Assembly (NCBI GenBank): GCA_965261975.1
Contig: CBDHEC010000047.1
Location: 32,001-96,000, forward strand
Direction: 5' to 3'
Source of the DNA: Alphaproteobacteria bacterium
GTDB lineage: Bacteria; Pseudomonadota; Alphaproteobacteria; UBA6615
Length of the DNA: 64,000 nt
A program made the position numbers and the translations under genes. Under the pieces are notes generated by a model, which was not told the origin of the DNA, searched no databases, and worked only from the letters and a program-made list of their open reading frames with translations. Each line of letters starts with the position of its first letter. Positions within the stretch are counted from its first letter, which is position 1. This document shows, piece by piece, positions 10,230 through 20,624 of the stretch.

Positions 10230-11351
10230 ATGCGTTTGGGTTATTTCACGATGCCGGTGCACCCGTTGCACCGGGACTATCCGACCACACTGCAGGAAGA
10301 CCGGGAGACGATCATCCTGTGCGACAAGTTGGGTTTTCACGACGCGTTTGTGGGCGAGCATTTGACTGACAGCGCGGAGAACATCACCAACTCGATGATG
10401 TTCCAGGCAACGCTCATTCATGCGACGGAAAACATCAAGCTGGCGACCGGGACGACGAACCTGTCGCACATGCACCCGGTGCTGGTGGCGACCCATGCAG
10501 CCATGTTCGACAATCTCGCGCGCGGTCGATTCATCCTCGGTGTCAGCCCCGGCGCGCTGCGATCCGATGCGGAGGCGCTCGGCATGCTCGACGAAGACCG
10601 AAACCAGATTTTCGCTGAAGCGATCGACGTAATTCTGGCGATCTGGGCGGGTGAAACTCCCTACGACATCAATTTCGACAACAACCGGTTCAAGGTGACG
10701 ACGGCCGAGACCCGATACCTCGATGTCGGATACGGGATCATGCCGAAGACATATCAGCAGCCGCGTCCCGAGATCGTCGGCACCGTCGTCGCGCCATTTT
10801 CCAAAGGCGTGATCGCCATGGGCGAGCGCGACTTTCACCCGCTGTCGGCCAACTTCCTGTTGCCGAAATGGGCGGCGACCCATTGGGGAAACTATGCCCA
10901 GGGCAAGGCAAATGCCGGCGAGACCGCCGATCCGGCCGACTGGCGAATCGCGAAGACCATCTTCGTCGCCGACGACGACGCCACGGCGAAATCCTACGGC
11001 AAGGACGACGCGAACAGCCCGTATCGATTCTACTACAGCCAGATTCTGAAGAAGATGATCCGCGGCAAACGCCAGGCGGTTTTCAAGCACGACCGCGAAG
11101 AAGCCGACGAGGCGGTCACCCTCGACCGGGTGCTCGACGATCTCGTGATATGCGGCACGGTGAACGACGTGGTTGATCAGATTCTGGCGCTGCGCGAAGT
11201 AACGGGAGACTTTGGTGAGCTCGTTTACGCTGGCATGGACTGGGTGGATGAAGGGCTCACGAAGCGCTCACTGCAACTGATGGCCGAGGAGGTCATGCCG
11301 CGGGTGAACGATGCTATCGCCGCATCAGAATCGGCCGCAGCGGCCCAGTAG
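10230..11351 (+). CDS. Luciferase-like (LLM) flavin-dependent monooxygenase
   Basis: MRLGYFTMP, FVGEH, FDNLARGRFILGV, MAEEVMP. Confidence 0.88.
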   Translation: MRLGYFTMPVHPLHRDYPTTLQEDRETIILCDKLGFHDAFVGEHLTDSAENITNSMMFQATLIHATENIKLATGTTNLSHMHPVLVATHAAMFDNLARGRFILGVSPGALRSDAEALGMLDEDRNQIFAEAIDVILAIWAGETPYDINFDNNRFKVTTAETRYLDVGYGIMPKTYQQPRPEIVGTVVAPFSKGVIAMGERDFHPLSANFLLPKWAATHWGNYAQGKANAGETADPADWRIAKTIFVADDDATAKSYGKDDANSPYRFYYSQILKKMIRGKRQAVFKHDREEADEAVTLDRVLDDLVICGTVNDVVDQILALREVTGDFGELVYAGMDWVDEGLTKRSLQLMAEEVMPRVNDAIAASESAAAAQ

Positions 11352-11369
11352 TCGGGCGGGGACCAAAGG

Positions 11370-11831
11370 TTGCAAATGACAGTCGAAGGCAGATCGGTCC
11401 CGGCTGCGGCGGTTTGGCTTGGAGGCCTTGGCGTTCTCCCGTTCCTCGCCTGTGCCGCTTTTCTTCTCGCAGGACCGCCGGGACTGGCCGAAGCGGCGTC
11501 CCATGCGATTGTCGCCTATGGTGCGGTCATATTGTCTTTTCTTGGCGGCGTCAGGTGGGGGTTCGCGACGAAAGACGCGAACGCATCGAGCGAAAACACG
11601 GCCCTGCTGCGACGGCTTACGCTCAGCGTCGTACCGGCGCTTGTGGCTTGGGCGGGGCTTCTGACGTCCGTGGTAACCGGAATTTTACTTCTTTCGGGCG
11701 CATTCCTGCTGGTGCTTTTGTCAGACATCCGGGCAGCGCAATCGCATGAAGCGCCGCTCTGGTACCCCTTGTTGCGTGGCCCCCTAACGCTTCTCGTGGT
11801 CGCCTCGCTTCTTGCCGCAGCTCTGGCGTGA
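11370..11831 (+). CDS. DUF3429 membrane protein
   Basis: LGGLGVLPF, YGAVILSFLGGVRWG, WY..LR..LT. Confidence 0.85.
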   Translation: MQMTVEGRSVPAAAVWLGGLGVLPFLACAAFLLAGPPGLAEAASHAIVAYGAVILSFLGGVRWGFATKDANASSENTALLRRLTLSVVPALVAWAGLLTSVVTGILLLSGAFLLVLLSDIRAAQSHEAPLWYPLLRGPLTLLVVASLLAAALA

Positions 11832-11859
11832 ATCTCAGGGCCTCCATAGGGGAAAGCAC

Positions 11860-12039
11860 ATGGGCCACAAACGTGATCGGCGGGCAAAGGTCTGTCCGAC
11901 TTGCACGCGAAGCTTTTTCTGGCGGCGGCGATGGGCGTCATGCTGGGAAGACGTGAAATTCTGCTCGGGACGATGCCGCAAAAACCGAAACCGGAACCAG
12001 AAGAAGGATACAGCTCATGAAATTCGCGTCGCGCATTGA
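11860..12039 (+). CDS. DUF2256 small Cys-rich protein
   Basis: KVCPTC.RSF.WRRRW..CWEDVKFCSGRCR. Confidence 0.85.
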   Translation: MGHKRDRRAKVCPTCTRSFFWRRRWASCWEDVKFCSGRCRKNRNRNQKKDTAHEIRVAH

Positions 12040-12514
12040 GCCCGGGCCGGGCCAGGAATCGGTCTGGGACTATCCTCGGCCACCCCGTCTCGAAAGCGTC
12101 GGGGATCGCCTTCGCGTGGAGTTCGCGAGCGTGACGGTTGCTTCCACCAAACATGGTTTCAGGGTTCTCGAGACCAGCCATCCGCCCGTTTACTATATCC
12201 CGGCGCGCGACATACGCCGCGAGTTCCTCGAGCGTGCACCGGGGCAATCCTTTTGCGAGTTCAAGGGAGTCGCGCACTACTGGTCTCTCGAGGTGAACGG
12301 AAGAACGTCTCCAATAGCGGCATGGAGCTATCCGGCACCGACCGAATCCTTCGCACCGATCGCAGATTGTATGGCCTTCTATGCCTCGTGCGTTGATTCG
12401 TGCTGGGTCGGCGAAGAGCGTGTCCTGCCGCAGGAAGGGGATTTCTACGGCGGCTGGATCACGCCCCGGATTGTCGGCCCCTTCAAGGGCGGGGTCGGAA
12501 CGCGCGGCTGGTAA
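12017..12514 (+). CDS. DUF427 protein
   Basis: ESVWDYPRPP, ETSHPPVYYIP, CEFKG.A.Y, FYGGWIT. Confidence 0.88.
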   Translation: MKFASRIEPGPGQESVWDYPRPPRLESVGDRLRVEFASVTVASTKHGFRVLETSHPPVYYIPARDIRREFLERAPGQSFCEFKGVAHYWSLEVNGRTSPIAAWSYPAPTESFAPIADCMAFYASCVDSCWVGEERVLPQEGDFYGGWITPRIVGPFKGGVGTRGW

Positions 12515-12789
12515 ATCTGTTTGACGACCGGTCCGATGGAAACATCGGGCTTTGAACTGCGGTCATCTGACCCTCACGTTCCGGACTATTCAGAGACGAG
12601 TTCGCCCGAGACTCGATCCACCACCAAATTTCCCGAACATTCCTGTTTGAAACGCACACGGCACGTGAACAAGCCATCGCGTCGGCAAGATCGCGCCTGA
12701 CTTTCACCCGGGCATGATGTAGGAGGGCCGTCATTGATGGGTTCTCCGGCGTACCGGCCGCGCCCATACGGCATTCCGGTCGAGAGAAC

Positions 12790-14826
12790 ATGACAGACAT
12801 CGAAGGCGTTGCACCGCCGCTCCAGCAGGCCTTGACCCAGCGCGGCTACACCGAACTGACCCCGGTGCAGACCGCGATCCTGGCGCTCGACGACAAGGAT
12901 GCCGACGCGCTCGTGTCGGCCCAGACCGGCTCGGGCAAGACGGTGGCTTTTGGTTTGGCGCTGGCGCCGACCCTGCTGGCCGGCGCCGATCGGTTCGAGC
13001 GCGCGCAGGCGCCACTGGCGCTGGCGGTCGCGCCGACCCGGGAGCTGGCACTGCAGGTGCGCCGCGAACTCGAATGGCTTTATGCGCCCACCGGTGCTGC
13101 CTTCGCGTCGTGCGTCGGGGGCATGGATGCGCGCGCCGAACGCATGGCGTTGCAACGTGGTGCGCACATCGTGGTCGGCACGCCGGGGCGGCTGCGCGAC
13201 CATATCGAGCGCGGTGCGTTCAACACGTCGGGGCTCAAGGCCGTGGTGCTGGACGAGGCCGATGAAATGCTCGATCTGGGCTTCCGCGACGACCTCGAAT
13301 TCATCCTCGATGCCGCACCCGCGGACCGGCGCACCTTGTTGTTCTCCGCCACGGTTCCCCGCGCGATCGCCAACCTGGCCAAGCGCTATCAGCGCGATGC
13401 GGTGCGGGTCTCGACGACGGCGGAGCAGCGCCAGCATGTCGATATCGAGTATCGCGCGCTCACGGTCGCGCCCAACGACGCCGAGAACGCCATCGTCAAC
13501 GTGCTGCGCTATTTCGACGCCAAGAACGCGCTCGTCTTTTGCGGGACCCGGGCTGCCGTCAACCGGATGACCAGCCGCTTCGCCAACCGGGGCTTCCAGG
13601 CCGTGGCGCTGTCGGGCGAGCTCAGCCAGAACGAGCGCACCCATGCGCTACAGGCATTGCGTGATGGGCGCGCGCGGGTGTGTATCGCAACGGACGTGGC
13701 CGCGCGCGGTCTCGACCTGCCGAACCTGGAGCTCGTGGTTCACGCGGATATTCCCAAGAACCGCGAATCCCTGCTGCACCGAAGCGGGCGGACCGGGCGT
13801 GCCGGGCGCAAGGGTGTGTGCGCGTTGATCGTGCCGCATAACATGCGCCGGCGCACGGAGCGGCTTTTGAAAAGCGCCAACGTGGAAGCCACATGGGCGA
13901 ACCCGCCATCGGCCCAGGACATCCTGAAGCGTGATCGCGAGCGCATCTTCACCGACCCGGCACTAAGCGAACCGCTGAGTGATGAGGAGCGCGCCTTCGC
14001 ACAGGAGCTTCTGTCTCGGCATGATGCGGAGCAGGTCGCCGCCGCATTGTTGCGCCGGCATCTCGAAGACCAGACCGCGCCGGAAGAGCTGCTCGATGCC
14101 GCATCACCGGAGCCGCGCAAGAACCGGCGCGACAATTTCAAGGACAGCGTCTGGTTCACCCTGTCGGTGGGTCGGGACGAGCGCGCCGAAGCGCGCTGGC
14201 TGATGCCGATGTTGTGCCGCGCCGGGCACCTCACCAAGCAGGATATCGGTGCGATCCGGATTCAGGCGAAGGAAACCCATGTCGAGCTTGCGGCGGATTG
14301 CGTGGACCGGTTCCTGGAAGGGATCGGCCCCGGCGGCAAGGTGGAGAAGAATATCGTCGTGACGCGCAGGGAGAGCGACCCCACCGCGAACGCCGGCGCG
14401 TCGGCAGACGACCGCGACAAACCATATGTGAAGAAAAAGCCCTACAACCCCAAACCGCGTCGGGATGGTGACGCGACCGGATCGCGTGGCACTGGCGACA
14501 AACCCTATTCGAAGAAGAAGCCTTACAGCGCCAAGCCGCGCGGTGAGCATGCGGTCAGCAAACGCCGTTCGGACCCGAAGCCCGACGCAGCGTCGGGCGA
14601 GGAGAGAATGCCCTGGGAGGATGAAGAGAAGAAACCCTGGGTAAAGAAAGGGAAAAGGTCCGGCAAAAAGTCGGCGAAGAAACCCGGCAAGAAGCCCGCG
14701 GGCAAGAAACCCAACAAGGGAAAGCTCGGCCTCAAGGCCCCGAAGATGAGCGCGAAGGCCCGGGCGGCGATCAATTCCGGCCACGCGCCGATGAAGCGCA
14801 AGAAGCCGAAACGGGACAGGGTCTAG
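12790..14826 (+). CDS. DEAD-box RNA helicase with DbpA-type RNA-binding domain and Lys-rich tail
   Basis: AQTGSGKT, PTRELA, DEAD, SAT, ARGLD, HRSGRTGRAG. Confidence 0.95.
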   Translation: MTDIEGVAPPLQQALTQRGYTELTPVQTAILALDDKDADALVSAQTGSGKTVAFGLALAPTLLAGADRFERAQAPLALAVAPTRELALQVRRELEWLYAPTGAAFASCVGGMDARAERMALQRGAHIVVGTPGRLRDHIERGAFNTSGLKAVVLDEADEMLDLGFRDDLEFILDAAPADRRTLLFSATVPRAIANLAKRYQRDAVRVSTTAEQRQHVDIEYRALTVAPNDAENAIVNVLRYFDAKNALVFCGTRAAVNRMTSRFANRGFQAVALSGELSQNERTHALQALRDGRARVCIATDVAARGLDLPNLELVVHADIPKNRESLLHRSGRTGRAGRKGVCALIVPHNMRRRTERLLKSANVEATWANPPSAQDILKRDRERIFTDPALSEPLSDEERAFAQELLSRHDAEQVAAALLRRHLEDQTAPEELLDAASPEPRKNRRDNFKDSVWFTLSVGRDERAEARWLMPMLCRAGHLTKQDIGAIRIQAKETHVELAADCVDRFLEGIGPGGKVEKNIVVTRRESDPTANAGASADDRDKPYVKKKPYNPKPRRDGDATGSRGTGDKPYSKKKPYSAKPRGEHAVSKRRSDPKPDAASGEERMPWEDEEKKPWVKKGKRSGKKSAKKPGKKPAGKKPNKGKLGLKAPKMSAKARAAINSGHAPMKRKKPKRDRV

Positions 14827-14845
14827 GCGTAGCTCGAACCCTGCC

Positions 14846-15703
14846 TCAGCCCTTATAGCGTTCCTGGACGCCGTCCCAGCGCGGCATGTCGACGATGTCG
14901 AGATACTCCGGGAAACTCAAACCGGTGTTGGCGAGTTTAAGCTCACCGCTCTTGATGTCGGCCAGGGTGTCGCGGATCGTCCGCGCGGTGAGCATCAATG
15001 TGGTGATGCCGTAGCTGGTGATGCTGTAACCGATCTCCCCCAGTTCTGCTGGGCCCAGCAGCGGCGTGACGCCGCCCTCGATCATGTTGGCCAGCTGCGG
15101 TACGGGCAGTTCTTCACAGATGCGCCGCATATCCTCGATCGATGTCGGCGCCTCGACGAACAATGCATCGGCGCCTGCCTTCATATAGCGCTCGCCGCGC
15201 CGCAGCGCCTCGTCGAGGCTGTCGGTCGCGATGGCATCGGTGCGCGCGATGATGAAGGTGTCGGGGTTTATGCGCTCGCCGGCACAGGCGCGGAGTTTCT
15301 CTTCCATCTCCTCGGCGGGCACGATGCGTTTGCCGGCCATATGGCCGCAGCGCTTCGGGGCGACCTGGTCCTCGATGAAGATCGCTTGCGCTCCGATCTT
15401 CTCATAATGGTTCAAGGTGTAGACGGCGTTCTTGACGTCGCCATAGCCGGTGTCGACATCGACCAGGCAGGGCAGGTCGGTGACGGCAAGGATGTCGCGC
15501 ACCCCGGCGGAAATCTCGCCGAGCCCGAGCAGGCCGATGTCGGGCGCGCCATAGCGCGCGCCGACGATCTGGAATCCGCCGATCATGAAGGCGTCAAACC
15601 CGGTCTGCTCGATGATCCGGGCGGTCAACGCGTCATGCGCCCCGGGGATGACCAGCGGCGACGTCTCGCCCGCGAGCTGACGGAACGTCTTTCTTTCTGT
15701 CAT
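14846..15703 (-). CDS. Isocitrate lyase/PEP mutase family enzyme (PrpB-like)
   Basis: DVDTGYG, IEDQVAPKRCGH, ARTDA, ANMIEGG. Confidence 0.88.
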   Translation of the reverse strand: MTERKTFRQLAGETSPLVIPGAHDALTARIIEQTGFDAFMIGGFQIVGARYGAPDIGLLGLGEISAGVRDILAVTDLPCLVDVDTGYGDVKNAVYTLNHYEKIGAQAIFIEDQVAPKRCGHMAGKRIVPAEEMEEKLRACAGERINPDTFIIARTDAIATDSLDEALRRGERYMKAGADALFVEAPTSIEDMRRICEELPVPQLANMIEGGVTPLLGPAELGEIGYSITSYGITTLMLTARTIRDTLADIKSGELKLANTGLSFPEYLDIVDMPRWDGVQERYKG

Positions 15704-15712
15704 GGCCACCAC

Positions 15713-16336
15713 CTAGCGCAGCGGCGAGAACGGCGCGGCAAACAATAGCTTGTTGTCCTGGGTGATGATCGCGCCCTTGGGTGACCCCTTCGGCGGCCAG
15801 ACGCCTTTTGCCACGCCGTCGGCGCGCACCTGCGCGCGATGTTCGAAGCTCTCATAGGGCCAGATGTGGACGTACTTGTTGAGGCCGCCGATCTCGGTGT
15901 GCATGGCCATGGCGCAGGGCGACAATTCCATGCGTGCGTCGATCGCGTCCTTCCAGCCGTTGATGATGCCCGGGATCGTGCCGGCATTCACCGCGTATTC
16001 GCGATACTCGAACAACGGGCCGTGCTCGCCGCTCAGGAATTCGGTCATGAACGGGAAGGGCGTGAAGACCTCGGCCTTCATCTCGTGGATCATCGCGTTC
16101 ACATCGGGGGGCCAGACGCCTGTCTTGACCGCCTCGGCGCGCACCGCTTCGCGCTCCGCGAGATCCTGATAGGGCCAGATATGGATGACCTCGTTGAGGG
16201 GGCCGACTTCCGAAACGAAAAAGGCGGCGAGCGGCGAGAGTTGCTTGCGGCCGTTCTCATAGGCTTCTTCGAAGACCTTGAGGAATTCGGGAACCATGCG
16301 GAGTTTCAGCCGGTAGGTGCGTACTTCGTAGATCAT
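15713..16336 (-). CDS. Tandem NIPSNAP-domain protein
   Basis: Two YE.R.Y...E.G.LN...HIWPY...R..VRA repeats ending PFSPLR. Confidence 0.88.
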   Translation of the reverse strand: MIYEVRTYRLKLRMVPEFLKVFEEAYENGRKQLSPLAAFFVSEVGPLNEVIHIWPYQDLAEREAVRAEAVKTGVWPPDVNAMIHEMKAEVFTPFPFMTEFLSGEHGPLFEYREYAVNAGTIPGIINGWKDAIDARMELSPCAMAMHTEIGGLNKYVHIWPYESFEHRAQVRADGVAKGVWPPKGSPKGAIITQDNKLLFAAPFSPLR

Positions 16337-16558
16337 GTTTTTTCTCCCCAAGGTGTTTATGTGTTTTTGAGTTCATTCGGCGTTCCGGAATGAGCGAGCG
16401 GCAGTTTGGCGCGCCCGTGATGTGCCGTCCAGCCACGCATGTTGCACGAAACGATTTAAACAGTCTGACATCGGCGCATTTGCAGGCATGGTATCTTCTG
16501 CATCTTCGTGCGCCGCCCTGTTGGCAAGGCGTACAAGAATGCATGGGGGCGTAGTCGA

Positions 16559-17305
16559 ATGAACCAGATCGATTTGGTCGGACGTTGTGCCATCGTCACC
16601 GGGGCCGCCCAGGGGATTGGCCGGGCGGTTGCCGCGCGGCTCCTGGAGTCCGGCGCGCGAGTCTGGTTATGGGACGTAGACGAGGCGATGGTCGCGACGA
16701 CCGCCGGGGAACTGGGTGACGGCGCACATCCCATGCCGGTCGATGTCGCGGATCCCGGGTGTGTTGCGGACGCGGCGCGTGCCGTTGCCGAGCAGGGCGG
16801 GCAGATCGACATTCTGGTCAACAATGCCGGGATTTCCGGCGCCAACGCGCCGTTGTGGGAATACGAAACCGACGAATGGCGGCGCGTTATCGAGATCAAC
16901 CTCAACGGCGTGTTCTATTGCTGCAAGGCGGTCGTGCCCTTCATGAAGGCCGCCGGTTACGGACGGATCGTCAACATGGCGTCCGTCGCCGGAAAGGAGG
17001 GCAATCCCAATGCGTCGGCCTACAGCTCATCGAAGGCGGCCGTCATCGCGTTGACGAAGTCGCTCGGCAAGGAACTCGCCGGTCAGGATATCGCGGTCAA
17101 CTGCGTGACCCCGGCGGCCGCGCGGACGGCACTCTTCGACCAGATGAAGCAGGAGCATGTCGACTACATGTTGTCGAAAATTCCTCGTGAGCGTTTTGTC
17201 ACAGTCGAGGAGATCGCAGCCATGGTGGCCTGGCTCGCCTCGGCGGAGAATTCCTTCACCACTGCCGCCACGTTCGATCTCAGCGGCGGGCGCGCGACCT
17301 ACTAA
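16559..17305 (+). CDS. Short-chain dehydrogenase/reductase
   Basis: TGAAQGIG, NNAG, YSSSK. Confidence 0.92.
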   Translation: MNQIDLVGRCAIVTGAAQGIGRAVAARLLESGARVWLWDVDEAMVATTAGELGDGAHPMPVDVADPGCVADAARAVAEQGGQIDILVNNAGISGANAPLWEYETDEWRRVIEINLNGVFYCCKAVVPFMKAAGYGRIVNMASVAGKEGNPNASAYSSSKAAVIALTKSLGKELAGQDIAVNCVTPAAARTALFDQMKQEHVDYMLSKIPRERFVTVEEIAAMVAWLASAENSFTTAATFDLSGGRATY

Positions 17306-17431
17306 GCCCGGGCGGCGAGGGATCAGGCTTCAGGGCCGGCCATGCTTTGCGTAAAGTGGGCAGGAATCGTAGTTTCCTGCGGCAGCGCCCTCGTTGGGCT
17401 AGTTGTGAATGAAACCCAGAGGATTGCACCC

Positions 17432-17926
17432 ATGGCCATTTCTCATCTCGAACATTTTCTCGTCGTCGCCCAGGATTATGAGGCGACCGTGCAATGGTAT
17501 ATCGACAATCTCGGTTTTGAAGAGGGCCCGCATCCCGATTTCGGCGCCGATGTGGAGGTGACCTGGCTCTATCTCGGGGACCGCGACATCATCCATGTCG
17601 TGCCCCCGCGCCCGAACGACGAGGCCCGCCCTGTGCCCGATCCCGACGCGACGCCCGAGGAGATTGCGCAAGGCAGCCGACCGATCCATCACATCGCGTT
17701 TCGCGCGTCCAACCGCGTGGAGATGACCGACCGGCTCAAGGAACATGGCGTGACCTATCTCGAGCAGCAGGCCAGCAAGGAAGATCTCTATCAGGTCTTC
17801 GTGCGCGACCCGAACGGCATCACGGTCGAGCTCAACTTCCCCGCCGAGGAGGCCGCCGACATGGAGGGCCTCGCGCAGCTGGCATTGCGCCCGGAGAAGT
17901 GGAAGGACGAAGTGCCGACGGGATAG
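17432..17926 (+). CDS. VOC/glyoxalase family protein
   Basis: LEHF, IHHIAF, QVFVRDPNGITVELNF. Confidence 0.85.
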   Translation: MAISHLEHFLVVAQDYEATVQWYIDNLGFEEGPHPDFGADVEVTWLYLGDRDIIHVVPPRPNDEARPVPDPDATPEEIAQGSRPIHHIAFRASNRVEMTDRLKEHGVTYLEQQASKEDLYQVFVRDPNGITVELNFPAEEAADMEGLAQLALRPEKWKDEVPTG

Positions 17927-17965
17927 GTCCCGCCGATCACGGATGTTTACAAAGGAAGAGACGTT

Positions 17966-18757
17966 ATGGATTTGGGATTGAAGGACAAGCGCGCTCTGGT
18001 GCTCGGCGGCAGCCGGGGCATCGGTTTCGGGATCGCCAACGAGCTCGCCGCCGAGGGTGCGCGGGTCATGCTGTGCAGCCGTGATGCGGCAGCATGCGAA
18101 GAGGCCGCCGCGCGGATCGCCAAGGATCATGGTGTCGAGGTCATTGGCCGCGCCTGCGATATGTCGGACCTCGATGCGGTGGATGCCACGGCGGCGGCTG
18201 CCGAGGCCGAGCTTGGCGGCGTGGATATCCTGATCAACAACACCGGCGGTCCGCCGCTCGGGCCGATCAGCGCCGTCGATTCGGAAAGCTGGGCACAGTA
18301 TTTCGAGGCGATGGTCGTCAGCGTTATACGTCTGACCGGCCATCTTCTGCCGGGCATGCGCGAGCGCAAGTGGGGCCGGGTCATCACCGTCTCGTCTTCC
18401 GGCGTGGTCGAGCCGATTCCGGTCTTGGGAATCTCGAACACGCTCCGCGTGGCGCTGGTCAACTGGTCGAAAACGATCGATCTCGAAATTGCCCCCGACG
18501 GGGTGACGATCAACGTCATCATGCCCGGGCGGATCGAAACGGATCGCCTGCGCTCCACCCGCGCGGCGATGGCCGAGAAACGGGGGATCAGCATGGAAGA
18601 GGCCGCCGCGGCGCAGGCCGCCGACATCCCCGTCGGGCGGGTTGGCACGGTCGAGGAGTTCGCAGCCCTTGCGGCCTTCCTGGCCAGCGAACGGGCGAGT
18701 TTCCTGACCGGCCAGGTCTACGCGGTCGACGGCGGCATGATCAGCAGCACGCGCTGA
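17966..18757 (+). CDS. SDR (FabG-like, NTGGPP subtype)
   Basis: [27 protein letters not shown]. Confidence 0.9.
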   Translation: MDLGLKDKRALVLGGSRGIGFGIANELAAEGARVMLCSRDAAACEEAAARIAKDHGVEVIGRACDMSDLDAVDATAAAAEAELGGVDILINNTGGPPLGPISAVDSESWAQYFEAMVVSVIRLTGHLLPGMRERKWGRVITVSSSGVVEPIPVLGISNTLRVALVNWSKTIDLEIAPDGVTINVIMPGRIETDRLRSTRAAMAEKRGISMEEAAAAQAADIPVGRVGTVEEFAALAAFLASERASFLTGQVYAVDGGMISSTR

Positions 18758-18761
18758 CGCC

Positions 18762-19742
18762 ATGGTAAGTCTGTCTGTCCTCGACCTCGCCTATATCGGC
18801 GAGGGCTTCACGCCGGCCGATGCGCTCGCAAACGCGCGCGACCTGGCGCAGCATGCCGAGGCGGCCGGCTATGCGCGTTTCTGGCTGGCCGAACATCACA
18901 ACCTTGCCGGCATCGCGAGCGCGGCCACCGCCGTGTGCATCGGCCATGTCGCGGGCGGCACGAAGACGATCCGTGTGGGTGCGGGCGGTATCATGCTGCC
19001 CAACCATTCGCCGATGGTCATCGCCGAACAATTCGGCACGCTGGCCACGTTGTTCCCCGGCCGCATCGATCTCGGTCTGGGGCGCGCGCCGGGCACGGAC
19101 CAGCGCACCTTGCAGGCGCTGCGGCGCGGACCGGATTCGTCGGAAAATTTCCCCCAGGACGTGGTCGAACTGCAGGCTCTGCTCGGCCCTGCGGAGGAAA
19201 ATCAATCCATTCATGCGATTCCAGGCGAGGACACCAATGTGCCGCTGTGGATTCTGGGGTCGAGCCTGTTTGGTGCGCAGCTCGCCGCCATGCTGGGCCT
19301 GCCCTACGCCTTCGCCTCACATTTTGCGCCCCAGGCGTTGATGCAGGCGGTCGAGATCTATCGCGACCGGTTCGAACCCTCGGACCAGCTCGACAAACCC
19401 TATGCGATGGTCGGCTGCAACGTCGTCGTCGCTGAAACCGAGGACGAGGCACGGCGGCTCTTCACCACGCCGCAGCAGCAATTCACGCGCATGGTCCGTG
19501 GCACCCGCGGCCAGCTGCCGCCGCCCGTCGACGATATCGAGGCTTTCTGGTCGCCGATGGAGAAAGCACAGGCGTCATCCATGCTGGGCTGTTCCTTCTA
19601 CGGTTCGCCCGACACGATCAAGGACAAGCTGGACCCGCTGATCGAGGCGACGGGGGCGGACGAACTGATGGTCGTGGGTGCGATATGGGATCACGCCGCG
19701 CGGGTGCGGTCCTACGAGCTGCTGGCCGAGGCGATGCGCTAG
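18762..19742 (+). CDS. Luciferase-like monooxygenase (YhbW-like)
   Basis: [32 protein letters not shown]. Confidence 0.9.
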   Translation: MVSLSVLDLAYIGEGFTPADALANARDLAQHAEAAGYARFWLAEHHNLAGIASAATAVCIGHVAGGTKTIRVGAGGIMLPNHSPMVIAEQFGTLATLFPGRIDLGLGRAPGTDQRTLQALRRGPDSSENFPQDVVELQALLGPAEENQSIHAIPGEDTNVPLWILGSSLFGAQLAAMLGLPYAFASHFAPQALMQAVEIYRDRFEPSDQLDKPYAMVGCNVVVAETEDEARRLFTTPQQQFTRMVRGTRGQLPPPVDDIEAFWSPMEKAQASSMLGCSFYGSPDTIKDKLDPLIEATGADELMVVGAIWDHAARVRSYELLAEAMR

Positions 19743-19763
19743 GGGGCAAGGGAAGGCAACCAG

Positions 19764-20555
19764 ATGACAGTCAGGATTGAGAAGGACGATGGGGTGTGGA
19801 CGGTCATCCACTCGCGCCCCGCGGCACGCGGCGCCATGGACCCGCGGAGTTCCGACGCACTCTACGACGCCTTTCGTGCGTTCGACGCCGATGACGATGC
19901 GCAGGTCGCCGTTTTCTGGGGAGAGGGTGGTGCGTTCTGTGCAGGCTGGGACCTAAAGCACGCCTCTGCCTTGTCTGGCGCCGACGCGCTGGACCAGTTT
20001 GATTTCCCCGATGATGGGGAGCCACCGATGGCCGCGATGGGGCCCAGTCGCCTGGAATTGTCCAAACCGGTGATCGCGGCGATCGCCGGGCCCGCGGTCG
20101 CGGGCGGCATGGAGCTGGCCATCTGGGCTGACATGCGGGTGATGGAGGAAACAGCCTTCATGGGGGTCTACTGTCGCCGTTGGGGCGTGCCGCTGATCGA
20201 CGGCGGTACGGTGCGGCTCCCGCGTCTCGTGGGCGAGGGACGCGCGATGGACCTTATATTGACCGGTCGCCGCGTGGATGCCGACGAGGCGCTGCGGATC
20301 GGTCTGTGTGAATATGTTGTGCCCGAAGGTGAAGCCCGTTCGAAAGCCGAGGCGCTGGCCCATGACATCGCGCGCTATCCACAAAGCTGCATGCTGGCTG
20401 ACCGGCGTTCCGCCCTGGCGCAGCATGGTCTGAGCGAGCGCGACGCGTTGCGCCAGGAGTGGCGTAACAGCAAGCGTGAAGTGAACGGGGGCGTTCAGGG
20501 GGCGGCGCGGTTCGCTTCGGGTAAAGGCCGCGGCGGCGACTTCGGTGATATCTGA
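19764..20555 (+). CDS. Enoyl-CoA hydratase/crotonase family protein
   Basis: FCAGWDL, GPAVAGGMELA, RRWGVPLIDGGTVRL. Confidence 0.9.
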   Translation: MTVRIEKDDGVWTVIHSRPAARGAMDPRSSDALYDAFRAFDADDDAQVAVFWGEGGAFCAGWDLKHASALSGADALDQFDFPDDGEPPMAAMGPSRLELSKPVIAAIAGPAVAGGMELAIWADMRVMEETAFMGVYCRRWGVPLIDGGTVRLPRLVGEGRAMDLILTGRRVDADEALRIGLCEYVVPEGEARSKAEALAHDIARYPQSCMLADRRSALAQHGLSERDALRQEWRNSKREVNGGVQGAARFASGKGRGGDFGDI

Positions 20556-20624
20556 GAACAGTGTTGAATTTGCACGAGCCCGTATCGGTTTCCGGTTCGC
20601 GATAAGGGTTCAGGGAGTTTCACG

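Larger units (their letters stand above)
8333..12632. mobile_element. Putative integrase-less genomic islet at the tRNA-Ala 3' end
   Basis: CCACCAAATTTC occurs at 8333-8344 and again at 12621-12632, with accessory stress genes between. Confidence 0.5.
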
